IMG/VR virus record: IMGVR_UViG_3300042308_000967
Span: 52,705 to 72,704 of that record
DNA from: an uncultured virus (IMG/VR IMGVR_UViG_3300042308_000967)
Lineage: Duplodnaviria > Heunggongvirae > Uroviricota > Caudoviricetes
Strand: one strand, 5' to 3'
DNA: 20,000 nucleotides
In this document: one piece after another, positions 18,170-20,000 of the stretch
Layout of the letters: every line of letters starts with the position of its first letter
How positions within the stretch are numbered: position 1 is the first letter of the stretch
Position numbers and translations under genes: made by a program
Notes under the pieces: model-generated
The model's input: only the letters and a program-made list of their open reading frames with translations
The model's database searches: none
Told to the model about the DNA's origin: nothing

Positions 18170-19162
18170 ATGCCAGTACCATCAGGAGCACTACGATTTA
18201 ATTCAGATTCTAGAAAGCTAGAATACTACAACGGGGAAGCATGGTGGCAGATTGATAGTTTCACACCAGACTCTGCGACTGGTGGTGCTCGTGGTGTATT
18301 TGGTGGTGGTTATATCAAAAGTCCTACGAGTGTAAACACAAACACAATTGATTATATTACAATATCAACTACAGGAAATGCAATTGACTTTGGCGATTTA
18401 ACAAATGCCAGAAGAGCAGGGTCTTCTACTTTTGCATCTAGCACTCGTGGATGTTTTTCAAATGGATTTTCAACTGCTGCAGAAAACAGAATAGATTATA
18501 TTACCATTTCATCAACAGGAAATGCACAAGATTTTGGGGACACACTGACTGCATTTTATTCTGCAACAGGTTTAGCAAATTCAACTAGAGGAATAATTGC
18601 TGGTGGAGTTCCTTCGTCTAATGTAATTCAATATGCAACTATAGCATCAACAGGAAATACTGTTGATTTTGGTGATACTAGTTTTGCTGGTGGATATAAA
18701 AGTGCTTGTGCATCAACAACTCGTGGAATTATTGCAGGTGGAAGTTCTTCAAATGTAATTGAATTTATTACTATATCCACATTAGGAAATGCATCAGACT
18801 TTGGAGATTTGACTCAAGCAAGAAGTGCTTTAGCAGGAGGTTCAAACTCAACAAGAGGGATATTTGGTTCTGGGTATACTCCAACTCTATCAAATACAAT
18901 TGATTACATTACAATTGCTGCAACAGGAAATGCAACCGATTTTGGCGATTTACTAGCAGTATATGGATTTCCAAGTTTTTGTGCTTCATCAACTCGTGGC
19001 GTGTGGGCAGGTGGATATTCACCAACACCAGGAACTGCAGTAAATGTTATTCAATATGTATCTATTATGTCTACAGGAAATGCAATTGACTTTGGTGATA
19101 TGTCTACAGCAGCAGGACTTGCTCAAGGTGGTGGTCTCTCTAATGGTCACGGCGGTCTCTAA
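18170..19162 (+). CDS. Propeller paralogue 13: B-only anchor, six blades
   Basis: 330 aa; begins MPVPSGALRFNSDSRKLEYYNGEAW; tail LSNGHGGL. Confidence 0.92.
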   Translation: MPVPSGALRFNSDSRKLEYYNGEAWWQIDSFTPDSATGGARGVFGGGYIKSPTSVNTNTIDYITISTTGNAIDFGDLTNARRAGSSTFASSTRGCFSNGFSTAAENRIDYITISSTGNAQDFGDTLTAFYSATGLANSTRGIIAGGVPSSNVIQYATIASTGNTVDFGDTSFAGGYKSACASTTRGIIAGGSSSNVIEFITISTLGNASDFGDLTQARSALAGGSNSTRGIFGSGYTPTLSNTIDYITIAATGNATDFGDLLAVYGFPSFCASSTRGVWAGGYSPTPGTAVNVIQYVSIMSTGNAIDFGDMSTAAGLAQGGGLSNGHGGL

Positions 19163-19744
19163 TCACCACGCCCATGAAACTGCGGAAAATCTGCGCCCTT
19201 TAGTTGCTTCTTTTACACCATGAGGAAATAAGAACAACGAAGGGAACATAATAATATCACCTTTACCAAGTGGAACGACATAATCATCCCAGAAGAATAG
19301 TTCTGCACCTTCATAGTCATCGTTTAAATTTAAGATGAATGAAAGCACTGGAATTCCAGCGTCTTGTGTGTTCCAGAGACTGTGAATGTGGTCGTGGTGC
19401 TGTCTCATAATTTGACCAGGACTATAACGATTGAAACGAATCGCAGAAAACTTATTCATAATCTGCATCGTTCTTTCACACTCAAAGTGATACTTCGCAT
19501 TATAAGCAGCACCTGCCTGAATCATAAACGGCGTCAATAATTGTTGCAGGTCATCAGTAATATTCTGAACATCAAGTTCCATTGTTTCTTCAGAACCAAA
19601 TGTTCCTTGCACATTGTTATACCAAGTATGAGGACGCCATTCTCTGGTTTCAATGGTGTCCACGATATAATCACATAGATTCGCAGGAATAATAGAACGT
19701 TCTACGTGAATCAGGTCTTTTAGTTGTGTATTAGGATTGTTCAT
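19163..19744 (-). CDS. 2OG-Fe(II) oxygenase, prolyl-4-hydroxylase-like
   Basis: 193 aa; RY..GQ, HxD (HHD), LNDDYEG.EL, IIMFPS, distal His (PHGV) and 2OG-binding Arg (GRRFSAVSW). Confidence 0.9.
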   Translation of the reverse strand: MNNPNTQLKDLIHVERSIIPANLCDYIVDTIETREWRPHTWYNNVQGTFGSEETMELDVQNITDDLQQLLTPFMIQAGAAYNAKYHFECERTMQIMNKFSAIRFNRYSPGQIMRQHHDHIHSLWNTQDAGIPVLSFILNLNDDYEGAELFFWDDYVVPLGKGDIIMFPSLFLFPHGVKEATKGRRFSAVSWAW

Positions 19745-20000
19745 TTACGGTCTCCAATGGTCTTGCTTGTTCGCACTTACGGCAGAAGTCTTGTTGAAAT
19801 CTTTGTTTTTGAGTTTGATATGCTTCAGAACTTAAGAGTTCTTTAAGTGGTATATCATTTATATTACCACAACTATACTCTTGATGAAAGTCGTGACAAC
19901 AGTAGAACACATTACCTTTCACGCCAAAATATAGATTATCAAAGTATCCAGCACTGCATCGTGTTGGTTGGTCACCCCAGTCAATCGGACCACGTTGAAG
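19731..20000 (-). CDS. C-terminal SPASM/Twitch-type Fe-S domain of a probable radical SAM protein (5'-truncated by window edge)
   Basis: The frame is open to the window edge: LQRGPIDWGDQPTRCSAGYFDNLYFGVKGNVFYCCHDFHQEYSCGNINDIPLKELL...FCRKCE. The pattern C...G.V..CC.D....GN....L.E...CxxC is SPASM-like. The radical SAM CxxxCxxC motif itself is not in the window. Confidence 0.75.
   Translation of the reverse strand, partial: LQRGPIDWGDQPTRCSAGYFDNLYFGVKGNVFYCCHDFHQEYSCGNINDIPLKELLSSEAYQTQKQRFQQDFCRKCEQARPLETVNEQS

Larger units (their letters stand above)
446..19162 (+). repeat. Coding repeat family: 78 copies (13 genes x 6) of a ~135-155 nt Kelch-like blade unit
   Basis: Recurrent GGAAATGC...GA[CT]TTTGG[AT]GA[CT]TTA and TCATCAACTCGTGG segments; present in ~446-7683 and ~11035-19162, absent from 7739-10778 and 17285-18166. 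Confidence 0.95.

Noticed and set aside
3..19162. Diversity-generating retroelement as the source of variation
   Set aside because: No reverse transcriptase in the window and no non-coding template repeat. Differences between copies are not adenine-specific and include indels. An RT elsewhere in the genome cannot be excluded.
446..19162. CRISPR-like array (constant segments alternating with variable ones)
   Set aside because: The repeats are degenerate at third codon positions, lie in frame within long ORFs, and no cas genes are present; they are protein repeats.
3..19162. Shufflon or invertible cassette system
   Set aside because: All paralogues are on the same strand, each appears to have its own start and stop, and neither inverted repeats nor a recombinase were seen.
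1..20000. Stop-codon reassignment; tRNA or rRNA genes
   Set aside because: Standard-code ORFs tile the window almost completely, ending in TAA or TGA, and the largest intergenic gap is 55 nt.

Overview
AT-rich phage DNA, most consistent with the late (virion) region of a T4-like myovirus resembling cyanophages; this assignment is inferred from TAAATA-core late-promoter motifs, LamG-like domains, a 2OG-Fe(II) oxygenase and tail-fibre-type N-terminal modules. The window is dominated by a co-oriented tandem array of 13 paralogous genes. Each ends in six copies of a ~45-50 aa Kelch-like repeat (consensus ACSSSTRGVFGGG-x(n)-NTIDYITIASTGNAxDFGDLT-x(n)), i.e. a predicted six-bladed beta-propeller with a fixed scaffold, two variable loops per blade and a conserved C-terminal [ST]-[ND]-x-H-G-G-L tail. 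A 14th related gene carries a LamG-like domain instead of the propeller. The N-terminal anchor has two parts (A: ...P.GTT..R; B: G.iRFN.D...LE...G..W). It is complete in seven genes, A-only in three and B-only in four, and every A-only gene is followed directly by a B-only gene. The array is interrupted by a four-gene cassette (coiled-coil protein, GT-A glycosyltransferase-like protein, hypothetical protein, sulfotransferase) and is abutted convergently by a prolyl-4-hydroxylase-like 2OG-Fe(II) oxygenase and the C-terminus of a SPASM/Twitch-domain (probable radical SAM) protein. Best hypothesis: a diversified, modular receptor-binding/adhesin repertoire with associated assembly and modification enzymes. 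All functional calls come from motif recognition only; no searches were run.
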